Shown here piece after piece: positions 24,861 to 36,407 of a DNA stretch of 64,000 nucleotides (position 1 is its first letter; each line of letters opens with the position of its first letter). The notes beneath the pieces are model-generated. The model was not told where the DNA came from and ran no database searches. It saw nothing but the letters and a program-made list of their open reading frames with translations. The stretch covers positions 114,144,001 to 114,208,000 of the forward strand of contig NC_087436.1 of NCBI RefSeq assembly GCF_036321535.1. The letters are read 5' to 3'. This DNA is from Camelus dromedarius. Its lineage: Eukaryota. The position numbers and the translations under genes were made by a program.

Positions 24861-26194
24861 TCTCCAACCTGCTGTCTCTTCCTCAGATGCACCAACCTTA
24901 CAGCTAGAAGGGATTCCAAAAGGTTGTTCAATCCATGTCTCTGCTTTAGATAGGTAAAATATTAATTATACCTATTTTATAGATGAGTCATTGGAGAATT
25001 GTTGAGAGCAGAAGGAACGTCCTGTGCAGAGTCAGCCAGGTAGTAAGGACCAGGTTTCCATCGTTTATCATTAGGTCGACATTTAGCAGACAGGACACTT
25101 TCAGAATCAGGGCTCGTCGAATGAACGAATTCCCCACTCTACCCCTTCCCTGTGAGCCAAACCCTGATGAGAAGTCAGTTGGCTGGTTAGAGCCAGTCCC
25201 TCTCAGACTCATGATCAAGGCTTATCACCCATGATGGGGGTGTGAGGAGTGGGTGAGCCTGGGGGTGGGAGGAAAGAAGGGAGTCCTTAATCTAGGCCTG
25301 GGCTTCAATTTCTCCAAGGCCTTCAACCATTCTAGAAGGGGCTGTTCAGATTATTTACACCATCCCAGGGAGAGATCATCCAGGGTTGAATGAAATCATT
25401 CGTCATTTTATCTTAAGCGTATAATGCCCCCTGTAGTGCACTGTGAGCTAGTCTTGTACTAATGTAGTAGCTATTTTCTTCCTTTGTGCTTTTGCACTTG
25501 CAAAAAGTTTAATTGAAGAAAGGATAAATACTTCAATACAAACATTTAAATATGATACAGTTTTTGTAACCCTGTTACATTTCTTCAAAAAAGAGTGACT
25601 TGGGCCTTTCTGTCAATGATGAAGAGATTCTAGTCATGGTACCTGTGGGTAGACAGCAATCACATTTCACAAAGCAGCACTTATCAGTGTCTAAATGAGA
25701 GGAGAATTGCAGGAAAACCCTGGATATATGTGCACACCCAGACGTCTCAGGGAGCCCCAGCCTGCACCGGTGAAGCAGGAGGATCTCGGCCTCCTACATT
25801 GCCTCCAAGCTCGGGGAAATCTCCATCTTCAGAGCCTCCAATCAGCCTCAATATCCAGACCCCCATCCTCCTGAAACCTGTCTGCTCCTGGACCAGGGGT
25901 ACTGTGCTAAAACTCAGGCCTGAGCAGTGCACCCCCCTGCGGCATCCCCCACAGGGACATGGCTGCAGGACGAAGCCCACATCCCTGAGCGTAGGTTTCT
26001 CATCTAATGGTCAGTGATTGACAGCACAGCTTTGGTTGCAAGCCATCTCAGGGTTTTCATGAAAACAATTTGTGTATAAAGTCACAATCAAGGAAAAAAA
26101 AAAAGACGTTACCAGTTAGGGTTTCATTTCCACTGCCTGGCCATGACTGCGATGAAGAAGGGAAAGCACAAACTTAATCACCGTGGGAACAGAA

Positions 26195-26470
26195 GTGCCT
26201 TTGCCTCCCCATATCTTTGGGATCCATACTTATGGATTCAACCAACAGTGGGTCAAAAATATTCTGAATAAAAATTCTAGAAAGCTCCCAACAGAAAAAC
26301 TTGAATTTGCCACACATTTACATAGCATTTGTCTTATACTAGGTATTATAAGTAATTTAGAGATGATTTAAAGTACACGAAGGATGTGTGTAGGGTATAT
26401 GCAAATACACACCATTTTTCCTAAAGGACTTGAGCATCGGCCAATTTTGGTATGGGAGGGGTGGTCCCCT
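26195..26470. mobile_element. TcMar-Tigger non-autonomous element (MER2/Tigger3-like)
   Basis: ggattcaaccaac...aaaacttgaatttgcc...taggtattataagtaatttagagatgatttaaagta...ggacttgagcatc. Confidence 0.8.
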
Positions 26471-29400
26471 CCCATTATTTTTTTTAAATAAAGTCCTAGT
26501 ACTCCTCCCTATATGTTCATTGAATTTGAACTTGGTCTCAATGCCAGCACATCTTTAGGTCTGGGACTGCTGAATCGTCGCTGTTTTGTTTTGTTTCATT
26601 GCTGTTTATTATTGTCTTGACAAAAGTTTTGTTATTGAAATTATAAAAAACAAAATCCATGTTTTAGAAATAGAAGGGCAAGTAAAACCACTTCAGAGAT
26701 ACTGTTTTTAAGTGAAATATGGATCTCTGAAAGTATAAGATCCTTATCAAAGAATTTTCTGGTCCATAGTAGCCTTCAGAGAACTAGTCCCTTGCCCATG
26801 TGCTGAGGCAGGCTATTCCTTCTACAGTCTTTAAAAAAAGATGTTAAAATAGGGTTAGAAATTAGGCGTGATATGAGTTAAATATTCATAGCCAACATTT
26901 TCATTATCCTTATAAGAAAATGTCCTTGAAGAAGCAAATTCAGAACATTCCCTAGACTGTGGTATTTTTTTAATCTTGTTATCAGTATGATACAGATAAA
27001 CTTCAGAGCAGTGATGCACAAAGGTTCATTCTGGCAGCCAGAGCATTGGAATTATGCATTTGGGAGGAACAATGTGCAGACTCAGGCTCTATCAGCCTTC
27101 CCCCAAACCACTGGTTTAAAATAGAACATTGTTGTTAGTACAGCATTTTGTCTGCATAAAATATGTCTAAAGAATCATCATCAGTGACTTCACTTTGATT
27201 CTTCTTGTCTAGTTGTAGATTTTAGACATAATCATCAAATTAATGCATTTTATGACCCTATAAATGGACAAACTTGAATAGTGGACTGGTAGATATGGGA
27301 AAAATGGTCCCTTCTAACACTAAAAGCCAAGTGTCCCACTCTGTCATCACACAAGTCCAATTCTTGTCCTGGAAAAGGAATACCAGGCATGGGGATGACA
27401 GCAAGGGTTATGAGTCTATCAACAAACCTGCCTTCCTAGTGCCCATTCCTTGGTATTGAGGCAGCAGAAATTAATGTCATTACCCAAAGTTCCAGGTGAC
27501 ACAGGAGCAAGGGATCCTTGAGTATTCAGATTCTAAAACTTAGGGAGTTCAGATCTAGACTGAGGAAGGCAGGGAGAGGTAAGTCAAGCCAGTAAGCATG
27601 AGACATCTGAGTGAATACCGCAAACTCAGCCTTGTAGGAGCTACACATTACAGGCTTGGAGTAGGTTCTCACTTAACACTCCATGTAGCAAGACCAAACT
27701 ATGTGCAGGCAGGCGAGGGCATCAGATCTGGACAGATGTAGGCAGAATAAGACAGACCATAAGGATAAGAATAAGCCAGTATGAGGCCAAGGCTCAGTGT
27801 CTATTCAAGGAACAGAGAAGCTTATCAAAACTTAAATGTAAAGAAAAGAGAAAGAAGAGAAATAGAAATGGTGTAAAGACCCACAGTTAATCCTGAAAGG
27901 AATGATAAACAGGTATGTCAGGTATGCTGTAAGAGCTAGGATTCAGGTGGAAATCCACGTCAATTTCCTGCAATAGTGCATTTTTTTTCTGGTTCCCTTT
28001 TTGAAGATTCAGGGATTCTTTGCTGCTTTTGCCTTAAAGCTAAAGATTATTTCTAAAATATTTGTGCAGGAAGCAATGCACAGGCATAATAATCACCACG
28101 GAGTCTCAGCTTAGACCATTGCAGCCACATGGAGGCAAGTAAGCATGGTGCCAGTAACAACACGTTGGAAGAATGAGGACACCTGAGTAGGGCAGGCCTT
28201 CTACGCACGCCATTAACAACGGTTTTGAGCATCATTTATGGGCCATAATCTGTGTGAAGTGACGAAAGACAAATTCAAGACAAAAGACAGATTCAAGGCA
28301 AAAAACAGGTGCTCAGTGAATACTTTTTGAATGAAAACATAGCTAGTCTTTCCCTCAAGGAGCTCTCAAGCCAACAGAACAGAAAATTGAGCATAGATAT
28401 ATAGCATTAGCTGCCTGCTCTACATAACATAGAAAGCAAGATAGGAGCCATTTCTTTAGGGTTCTCTCAGCTTCCTTGGTGAGAAGCAGGAGCCACTTTG
28501 CAATCGTCAGCAAGGTCTACAGGTTGCACAGATCTACCTTACTGTAATGACATGAAGATTTTTGACAGAATTATAGAAGTTTCTTAATGTATCCCTAAGT
28601 CTATGTGATGCTGCAGGAGCTTTAGGGAGACACCTGAGATTATACACCATAAGGAGTGCAGCCACATCCCCAGCCCTGCTGAATTTCCCAAGAGGAAACC
28701 CCCAGACCAGCAGCCATGACTTGATTCAACAGAATGGTGGAGGCACTACCAGCAGGTGGTCAAGTCAAGCTATACAGATCTGGTGGACTGTTTGGCAGAT
28801 GGCTGTTTTAAGAGGAGTCCTGTGAACTCGAGAGGAAAGGACCTCTTCCACTTTTTCTCCTTTGAAAAGAAATCCAGTTGTTACCTACAACAGGCTTTCC
28901 TCGTCCCCAGTTTTCAAACAGCCCAAAGGGCTGTAGGTAGAGACTGGTCAATCATCAACGCTGACAGAAGAATTCACGGCTTCACCTGATATTGGCCACT
29001 AAACCACAAATTCATGTCATCTTAGCTTTAATATGGAAGGAAAAAGCAAATCATTACCAAAGACTCTTTGAAGTCAAGACTATTCTTGGAGTCCTAGATC
29101 ATATCACCTGACCTGTGGGGCATGCTGGGAGCTCTGGACAAGAAGAGAGAATAAGATGAAATCCAGGATGAGAGAATCTGTGTGATAAGAAATGCAGTCA
29201 TTTAAATCATCAAGTCCTAGAGGGGTAAAGAAACTTCGAGTCCCATCTGATAGGACTGGTACCTTAAGGGAATTATCTGAAGGTGAAGTTGGGGGTGAAG
29301 GAGAATGACTTTTCATGATAGTGGTTCTCCATATCAAGATGAGGATGAAGAAGCAAGCACCATGCAGCAGTCAGTAAACAGCCAAACTCATTCCTCTAAG

Positions 29401-29774
29401 AGCTGATGCAAGTGGAAAACACAGAGAGATTCCAAGAAACTCAAGTAGTAGGAAAACAACAAAGTTGGCTTTAATTCCCATAATATGCTCTTTGCAGGTA
29501 AAGTCTGGGACAGTAACAGGCCTTTCCCAAAGGTGGTACTGTAGGTAAGTAGGAAAGCAATCCTGACTGTAATCCCTTTGCAGTCTGATTCTTGTCTTAA
29601 GGAGACCAACTCCAAGGATGACTGGGTCACAGGTGTCCCTTGTAGAGTGATGCTTTTGACCTATATTTCTTGCCTCTTCCCCTGGCACTTCAGTACCTGA
29701 CATAGGCTCTGGCCTAAAGGAACTTAACTTGATGAATAAACCATCCTGTCCCTCTTGGGTTCCTTTGATTATGC

Positions 29775-30200
29775 AATCTAACCAAGGAGGTGAAAGAATT
29801 ATACACAGAAAACTATAAACCATTGATGAAGGAAATTAAAGAAGACTTTAAAAAATGGAAAGATATCCCATGGTCTTGGATTGGAAGAATCAATACAGTT
29901 AAAATGGTCACACTGCCCAAGGCAATCTACAGATTTAATGCAATCCCTATCCAATTACCCAGGACATACTTCACAGAACTAGAACAAATCATAATAAAAT
30001 TTATATGGAACCATCAAAGACCTAGAATTGCCAAAGCATTACTGAAGAGAAAGAAAGAGGCTGGAGGAATAACTCTCCCAGACTTCAGACACTACTATAG
30101 AGCTACAGTCATCAAGACAGCATGGTATTGGTACCAAAACAGACATATAGACCAATGGAACAGAATATAGAGAGCCCAGAAATGAACCCACAAACTTTTG
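29775..30200 (+). mobile_element. Internal L1 ORF2 fragment, truncated at both ends
   Basis: Nearly identical (about a dozen differences by eye) to the reverse complement of 13858-14282. Encodes [18 protein letters not shown]...DQWNRI. No poly(A) and no TSD visible. Confidence 0.93.
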
Positions 30201-30500
30201 CTCTTGATTTTTCAATGTCTCTACCTGGATTATTCCCAAGTGTCCTTCAGAATTCAGCATGAGAGCTTTCTCTTCTGGTTGTACTTTCCCAATCTTCCAA
30301 AATCATGCCGTGTCCCTTATTTGTTTTCCAGAGCACCTTGGGCTTACTCTCTGCACACATTTTTATTCCTTTGTTATTGATGTTTACTTATCTGTGTTAC
30401 TAAGATGTGAACTCCTCCAGCCTAGACTGTGACCTCTATCTTCAAGTCACAGCATTAGGATTAATGCCAGGAACATTAGTAAGTGCTGAATAAATATCTT
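30201..30500 (+). mobile_element. L2 LINE 3' relic flanking the internal L1 fragment
   Basis: ctaagatgtgaactcc...atgccaggaacattagtaagtgctgaataaatat is the typical L2 terminus. Confidence 0.6.
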
Positions 30501-32822
30501 TGGGGTGTATAAATTTAAGAATAATTGAAGAGTTAGTTTCTGAGGCTGAGATCTTTGAAACCTTATGAAATGTTGTATCTGAAAAACACAGCTTCTAAAA
30601 TTCTTTACTTTACAGCTGTGGAAAAAGATTCTGATAATCTTTGGGATTTTTTTACGACTGTGTGTATTTCAGATTTGAATGCAGTTCATCAGCGTTGTCA
30701 TCACTGATATGAGACCTGTTTCTCAGGGCAACTGTTTGGAAGAACTACATTGACTTGAATGCTTATGTTTGCTAAAACCAGTTTTATTATTTAGAAGCTT
30801 CTTTCTCTGTGAGTTTGTTTTGTTTCAACTACTGTACAGGGGTAGTGAATAAACTCTGAGATCTCCAAAGTTATAGAAACACGGGTCACTAGGGTTGGAC
30901 TCTGATAAAGAAAAAGAAGGGACTTCCTTTCCCGCAGCCGGGGATATAGTCCTAAGAGATAGACCTATCAAAGTTCTACCTCATCACTATTTTTGTGCTG
31001 TGATATACTTTGAACTTTCTAAAGTGATGTATAAGCAACACAGAAAAGAAAAAGCATGGATACCATGCTGTATATAACTTCCATAAAGCTCTTTCAACCA
31101 TTTCCTCATCAAAGAGTCTATTACATTTTGGATCTAGCCAATCTTGCAGACTCCCCAGGAGACCTAAGTTTCATCATGAAAAGAGTCAATAATGTGTCCC
31201 AAGGTTCAGAACCTCAATTTTTACCCAAGGTCCCGGGAACAATTTCTTGCGACTCCCATGACTTCCATTTACTTGTGACTTGGGATTCAGAGAACCAAGT
31301 TCAAGCTCTTTCTAAACTTTCACTCTCAGAATATTTTCCCGACACATCTAGATCCAAAGCCCAAAATCTTTTAAAATATTTTTTTGCTTCTAATGTTAAA
31401 TTTCAAACCTTGGAAAATTATTTCTTAATCAGCCATGTTATTAGAAGGATACAATTAAGAAAATAATATAAGAGAGCAAAAATCTCCAAGATAATTTTCT
31501 TTTGTCCCTAACAACCAATCTTCATATTCATATTTGCCTGACACTTAAAGGAGGATGAGTTTGTATTTAGTGACTGCATGGTATTTTGAGGCAGGAGAGT
31601 AGGAAATAAGTTTTAAAACATATTCATAAAGATAATGATGATGCAGTATAATTAAGTACATTTCAAAGTTCATAACATGTTTCCATATTTTCATTTCCTC
31701 TAACTCTCACAACAGCCCTGTAAGGGTTGGCTAGGTGGATAAGTAAGATTTTTTTTTTTCATGAAAAGAGCAAAAGTAAAAAAAATTCGACAACTTAGCC
31801 TCCAATTCCAGCAGTGTCACTCATTAGCTCAGTGATCCACATCTGGTAGCTTGATGTATTCCAGCATCAATTTTTTATAGCTAAGATTATGATACCAATC
31901 TCATGCCTACATCATTCACTCAATAAGCACTTACTGAATGTCTACCAATTTCCAGGTATCTCTATAAGTTTGAGGATGCAATGGTGAAAAAATACATTCA
32001 TAAGCATTTTTAAAAAGGAGTGAATTAACTAACATGAAGTGATAGCATATGAAAGATGCTTGTTACATGTAGTGTTCCCCTACAACTCTATTTTATAGGT
32101 AAAGATATTAAGTTCAGAATAGTTACATGATTTGTCCTTAGTCATATAGTTAATAAGTGACAAAAAGCACTTAAAACAACATATCATTCAAGATTCTGGC
32201 AGGAAACCAAACCCTCAGCTGGGATTCTGGAAAATATTTTGTATGGATGTAACTATTTATAGAAGTGCTGGTCAGATAAGGAAGCTCAAAAAAACACTGA
32301 GGCACCCAAAGACCAACATCAGCTTAGTAGCCCCTGGTCCCAAAGTAGAAAAAGGAAAGGAGTGCCCACCTGTAGAGCTGTAACTATGGAAGAATTTGGC
32401 CACCACCAAAACCATTGTGAAGCAGGGAGAAAGTAGAAAGAATGAAGCTTTAGTCCTGTTCTCCTCCTTGTCTCTGATCTCATACTGGCAACTCACACCA
32501 GCCAAACTTAAGGACAGCCAGAAGACAAGGAAGCCCTGGTGCTGCCACCTGCAAAGCTTGGCCTCTTGATGCACCAAGAAGTATGGAAATAGGCAGAATT
32601 TGCCCTTTGGCCCTAGTTATGTACATGCCCTGACAAATTATACCTCTTCTCTCTTGAGAAGCCCCAAAGTCTATCAGCCCATGATCTCATGCTCTGTCTC
32701 AAGGCCAGATGGATGAGGTTCCTGGAGGTAGATCCTTGCTTGAAGGTCCTCTTGAACCAGACATCTATAAACTAAAATAAGTTACCTGTTCCCCAAATAC
32801 ACAACATGCAAATGTGAGACAG

Positions 32823-33184
32823 TGTCTTAGTCCATTCAGGCTTCTATAACAAAAATTCCATAAGCTGGATGGCTTACTAACAAAATCAATGTACTTCTCA
32901 CAGTTCTGGAGGTGGTAAAGTCCAAGATCAAGGCACTAGCAGACTCAGTGTCTGGTGACAGCCCATTTTCTAGATATGTGTCCTTTTGCTGTAACCTGAC
33001 AAGGTGGAATGGACAAAGAGTGCCTTCAGGATCTCTTATATAAGAGCACTAATCCGATTTATGAGGACTCTGCTCTCATGACTTAATTGTTTCTCAAAAG
33101 TTCCACCTTCAAATAACCTTCACATTGGGGATTAGGTTACAAAATATGAATATGAGGGAGACACAAATATTCAGTCTACAGCAG
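32823..33184 (-). mobile_element. MLT1/MST-family MaLR LTR nested in an older MaLR/ERVL relic
   Basis: tgtcttagtccattcaggcttctataacaaaa...cttctcacagttctggagg...aagtccaagatcaagg...attcagtctacagca. Confidence 0.82.
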
Positions 33185-33766
33185 ATAGGAACAAAATAAT
33201 AGTAACAGACATTAAAAAGGGAAGAACAGGAGATTCACAGCATTCGTTGATCCCTGGTAATTTTGAAATCCAGCTGGGAACATGTCAAATTCCCTGTCCT
33301 AGGGCCAGGGGATTTTCTTTAATTGGAAAATCAGCTTTTCAACCTGAGAGTGATTTCCCTGGGTCATTGTCCTTTGCAACTCTTGGCTCCACCCTTTTCA
33401 ATGAGTGAAAATAAAAGGGCTTCTCTCACTCTAACTCCTAATGTGCCAGTAAAAATTGTGTCCTCCTGTACGACCACCTTGAGCTCAGCTGGTCATAGTT
33501 CTCTATGGATGATGCCCCTATGAGGGAAAACAATTATAAAGCCAGTAAACAAGAAGTGGAAACTACTGCCTGGCTATCTGGGGCTCCTTATACCACTGAA
33601 ATTATAGGCAAAAGGAGAAAGATGTTAAATAGACTGAGGTGAGTGACTCTAACTATCAAAAATATGTTGGTTGTCAGTAACTCAGAGGCCAGGGAAGAAT
33701 ATGTTTGGAATACAGGAACTCCTCTGGGGTACTTTTTGTAAAAGTGTTGTGATTAAAGTTAACAGA

Positions 33767-34369
33767 CAGATGACTGGATAAAAGTTAATTGACAGATACT
33801 GGATAAAGAAGATGTGATAGATATAGATATAGATATAGATATAGATATAGATATAGATATAGATATAGATATAGATATAGATACACACATACACAATGGA
33901 CTATTACTCAGCCATAACAAAGAATGAATAATGCCACTTGCAGCAGCATGGATGGACCTAGAGATTAGCATATTAAGTGTGTCAGTAAGTCAGACAGGGA
34001 AAGACAAATATCATGTGATATCATTTATATATGGGATCTAAAAAAGTGATACAAATTTTATTTACAAACCGAAAACAGATTCAGACAGAAAACAAACTAT
34101 GGTTACCAAAGGGGAAAGGGTGTGGAAGGGATAAATTAGGAGTTTGGGATTAACAGATACATATTACTATACATAAAATAGATAAACAACAAAGACTTAC
34201 TGTATAGCACAGGGAAACTATATTCAATTTCTTGTAATAACATATAATGGGAAAGAATCTGAAAAAAATATATATATATATGTATATGTATACCTGAGTC
34301 ACTTTTCTGTACACCTGAAACAAACATTATGAATCAACTACACTTCATTAAAAAACAAATTTAAAAAAG
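33767..34369 (+). mobile_element. 5'-truncated L1 3' end inserted in MaLR/ERVL internal sequence
   Basis: TSD aaagttaacaga at 33755-33766 and 34370-34381. L1 ORF2 end and 3'UTR homology. A-rich tail. Confidence 0.88.
33817..33883 (+). repeat. (TAGATA)n microsatellite
   Basis: About 11 hexamer units seen directly. Confidence 0.95.
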
Positions 34370-34809
34370 AAAGTTAACAGAAAACTACAACAACCCACTA
34401 TAGACAGAACAGAAAATAGTACAGACCCTCAGGAATGAAAGTTGGAAGAAGGAGTCCTGATCACTTGAGGTACTCACTGAGAGCCAAAGAAACGTGAAAT
34501 TCGTAGAGGGAAAAGTTATAAATATCAGCTAAGAGTGTGTCACTATTTGCAGATCTGATGACTGTGCAGTTTCTTCTTCGTTTTGCTATAAATATATTTA
34601 TTTTATGTGTAATAAGTAATTATTTTGTTCTTTTTCTTTTTCCCTATCCTGTTACCATACTGTCTGATACTAAGTGGCTTCATTTTAGTTAACTTTATAT
34701 CTCATTATTTAAGTTATTATATATCAACAGTAGAGTGTGGTTCAGCTAAGAGGGGAATGAGCCAAAAGAAAAATAAAGTGACATATAAGACTCTTTTTGC
34801 GTGTGTGTG

Positions 34810-34951
34810 TGTGTGGTTGCTCACAGTGGGAAAAAAAAGTGACAATGAATAGATGTATGTTCATGTAGAACTGAAAAGTTGTGCTCTACACTGGAATCTG
34901 GCACATTGTAAAATGACTATAACTCAATAAAAAAAATATTTTTTAAAAAAA
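34810..34951 (+). mobile_element. Short young L1 3'-end fragment
   Basis: Homologous to the 3' tails at 12471-12600 and 60983-61110 (reverse complement). AATAAA plus A-rich tail. Candidate TSD gactctt at 34789-34795 / 34953-34959. Confidence 0.75.
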
Positions 34952-35069
34952 TGACTCTTGCTCCCCCTATGCTGGGGGTAGACAACCTAATTTTAGTTAT
35001 AAAAGGGATATAGGTATTATGTAAATTTGAAATGATTTTGCTATTCTTTAGTTTCAAAGTTCAATATGA

Positions 35070-35145
35070 TGAAAAGAAAAGAAAGGAAAAGAAAAGAAAA
35101 GGAAAGAAAAGAAAAGAAAAGAAAAGAAGAAAGAAAAGAAAAGAA
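35070..35145 (+). repeat. (GAAAA)n microsatellite
   Basis: Pentamer array seen directly. Confidence 0.93.
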
Positions 35146-35819
35146 TATGAGGATTGTGCAGATGCCACATCAACCAGGGGTGGACGGCGGTACATTTCAC
35201 TCCATCAACTTCTCTAGGAACTGTTTCCTCAAATCACCTTCCCCGTGTGGTACTATGTTAGAATTGGCCACAAGAGGAGCTTGTATGAGATTTTAAATTC
35301 TTTGTGAGCAGGTACAGTGACAAACAGATGCACAGAAGGTTGGTGGACTCCCTGTTGTCCTCACCCTCTTCTCCTCCACATCTCACTCCTCTTCCTGTCT
35401 GTTGGCTTAAGTAAGCACCAACTTCCAGATACACAGACTGTCTTAGATCATGCAGCACAAATCAAGCATCCCAATGGCTGCTACCTCACGAGTGGCCCAG
35501 AGGAGACCAACAGAAGAACCGCCCATATGAGTCCAAACAAAACTGTAGACCCACTAGGTTTGTAAGTAAAAAAAAAAGGATATTTGTTTTGCTGTTTAAA
35601 CCATTAAGTTGTAAGATGGTTTGTTATCTAGCAATAGGTAAATAATACATTTGGTATTCACAGTGGCAGAAGTTATTAAATAGAGATTTTAAACTGATAA
35701 AATAAATATTTAAATGAATATTTTAAATGTGCTTCTGAGCCCGTGGCATAAGTAACTAACTTTATTAATGGACACTATAAACCCCAAAGGATGTTTATTT
35801 CCAATCAGCCCTATGGAAA

Positions 35820-36407
35820 TGTTGTCGGCAGGAAGGTTCTTGTCTTGTCGCAGAAAGAATTCAGAAACAAGACACAGAGGTCAAGAAAGCAAAGCAAGGA
35901 TCTATTAAGGGATAGATAAGTATTCTCTCAAGGAAAGAGCAGGCAGACCCAGGTGGGCAGCTGCTCTGAGTTTCCTTGGCAAGCTGGTTATCTGGGTGTA
36001 AAAATGAATGGGCAGAATATTCACTGGCAGGGAGGGGTTTGGGGTTGTCTTTCCTGATCTTCATCCCAGCTCCACCTTCCCAGGTGGGGAGGAGGGACTT
36101 TTTTTGTCTTTATTCAGTCTTGATTGGGAAGTCAGATGAGGTCATAATGAGCAAAAGGTTACATTCAGATGGAGGTCATAATGAGTGAAAGTTTTCATTG
36201 AGAAGGTGGAGATTCCTGTCTTGTCCCACCTTTCTTTGCCTCCAGGACACCTGTCAACACAGAATGTATGGTTTCTTATCAGTCTGGAGGATCCTGTTTT
36301 TCTTGGTCTGTCCAAAGACCCCCGTTGTTCCCAAGATGTGTGGTTTTCTGCCATTTGGCCCGTGTCCCCTTTGTCTGCTCATATCTAGCTACCTGTCTGC
36401 TCTAACA
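35820..36407 (-). mobile_element. ERV solo LTR, ERV1/gammaretrovirus-type, 588 bp
   Basis: Termini TGTT...AACA with a 4-bp TSD GAAA at 35816-35819 and 36408-36411. Internal ~33-bp direct repeat. Orientation inferred from resemblance to ERV1 LTR layout. Confidence 0.85.

Larger units (their letters stand above)
32180..35650. mobile_element. Fragmented ancient MaLR/ERVL LTR and internal sequence, interrupted by younger insertions
   Basis: MLT1-like LTR pieces at ~32180-32590 and ~35250-35650. MaLR-internal-like text (gattaaagttaa...aactacaacaaccc...gaccctcaggaatgaaag) is split by the L1 at 33767. Boundaries are approximate. Confidence 0.45.

Noticed and set aside
33682..33971. ORFs with IYIYIY / ISISIS repeats
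   Set aside because: They are translations of the (TAGATA)n microsatellite.
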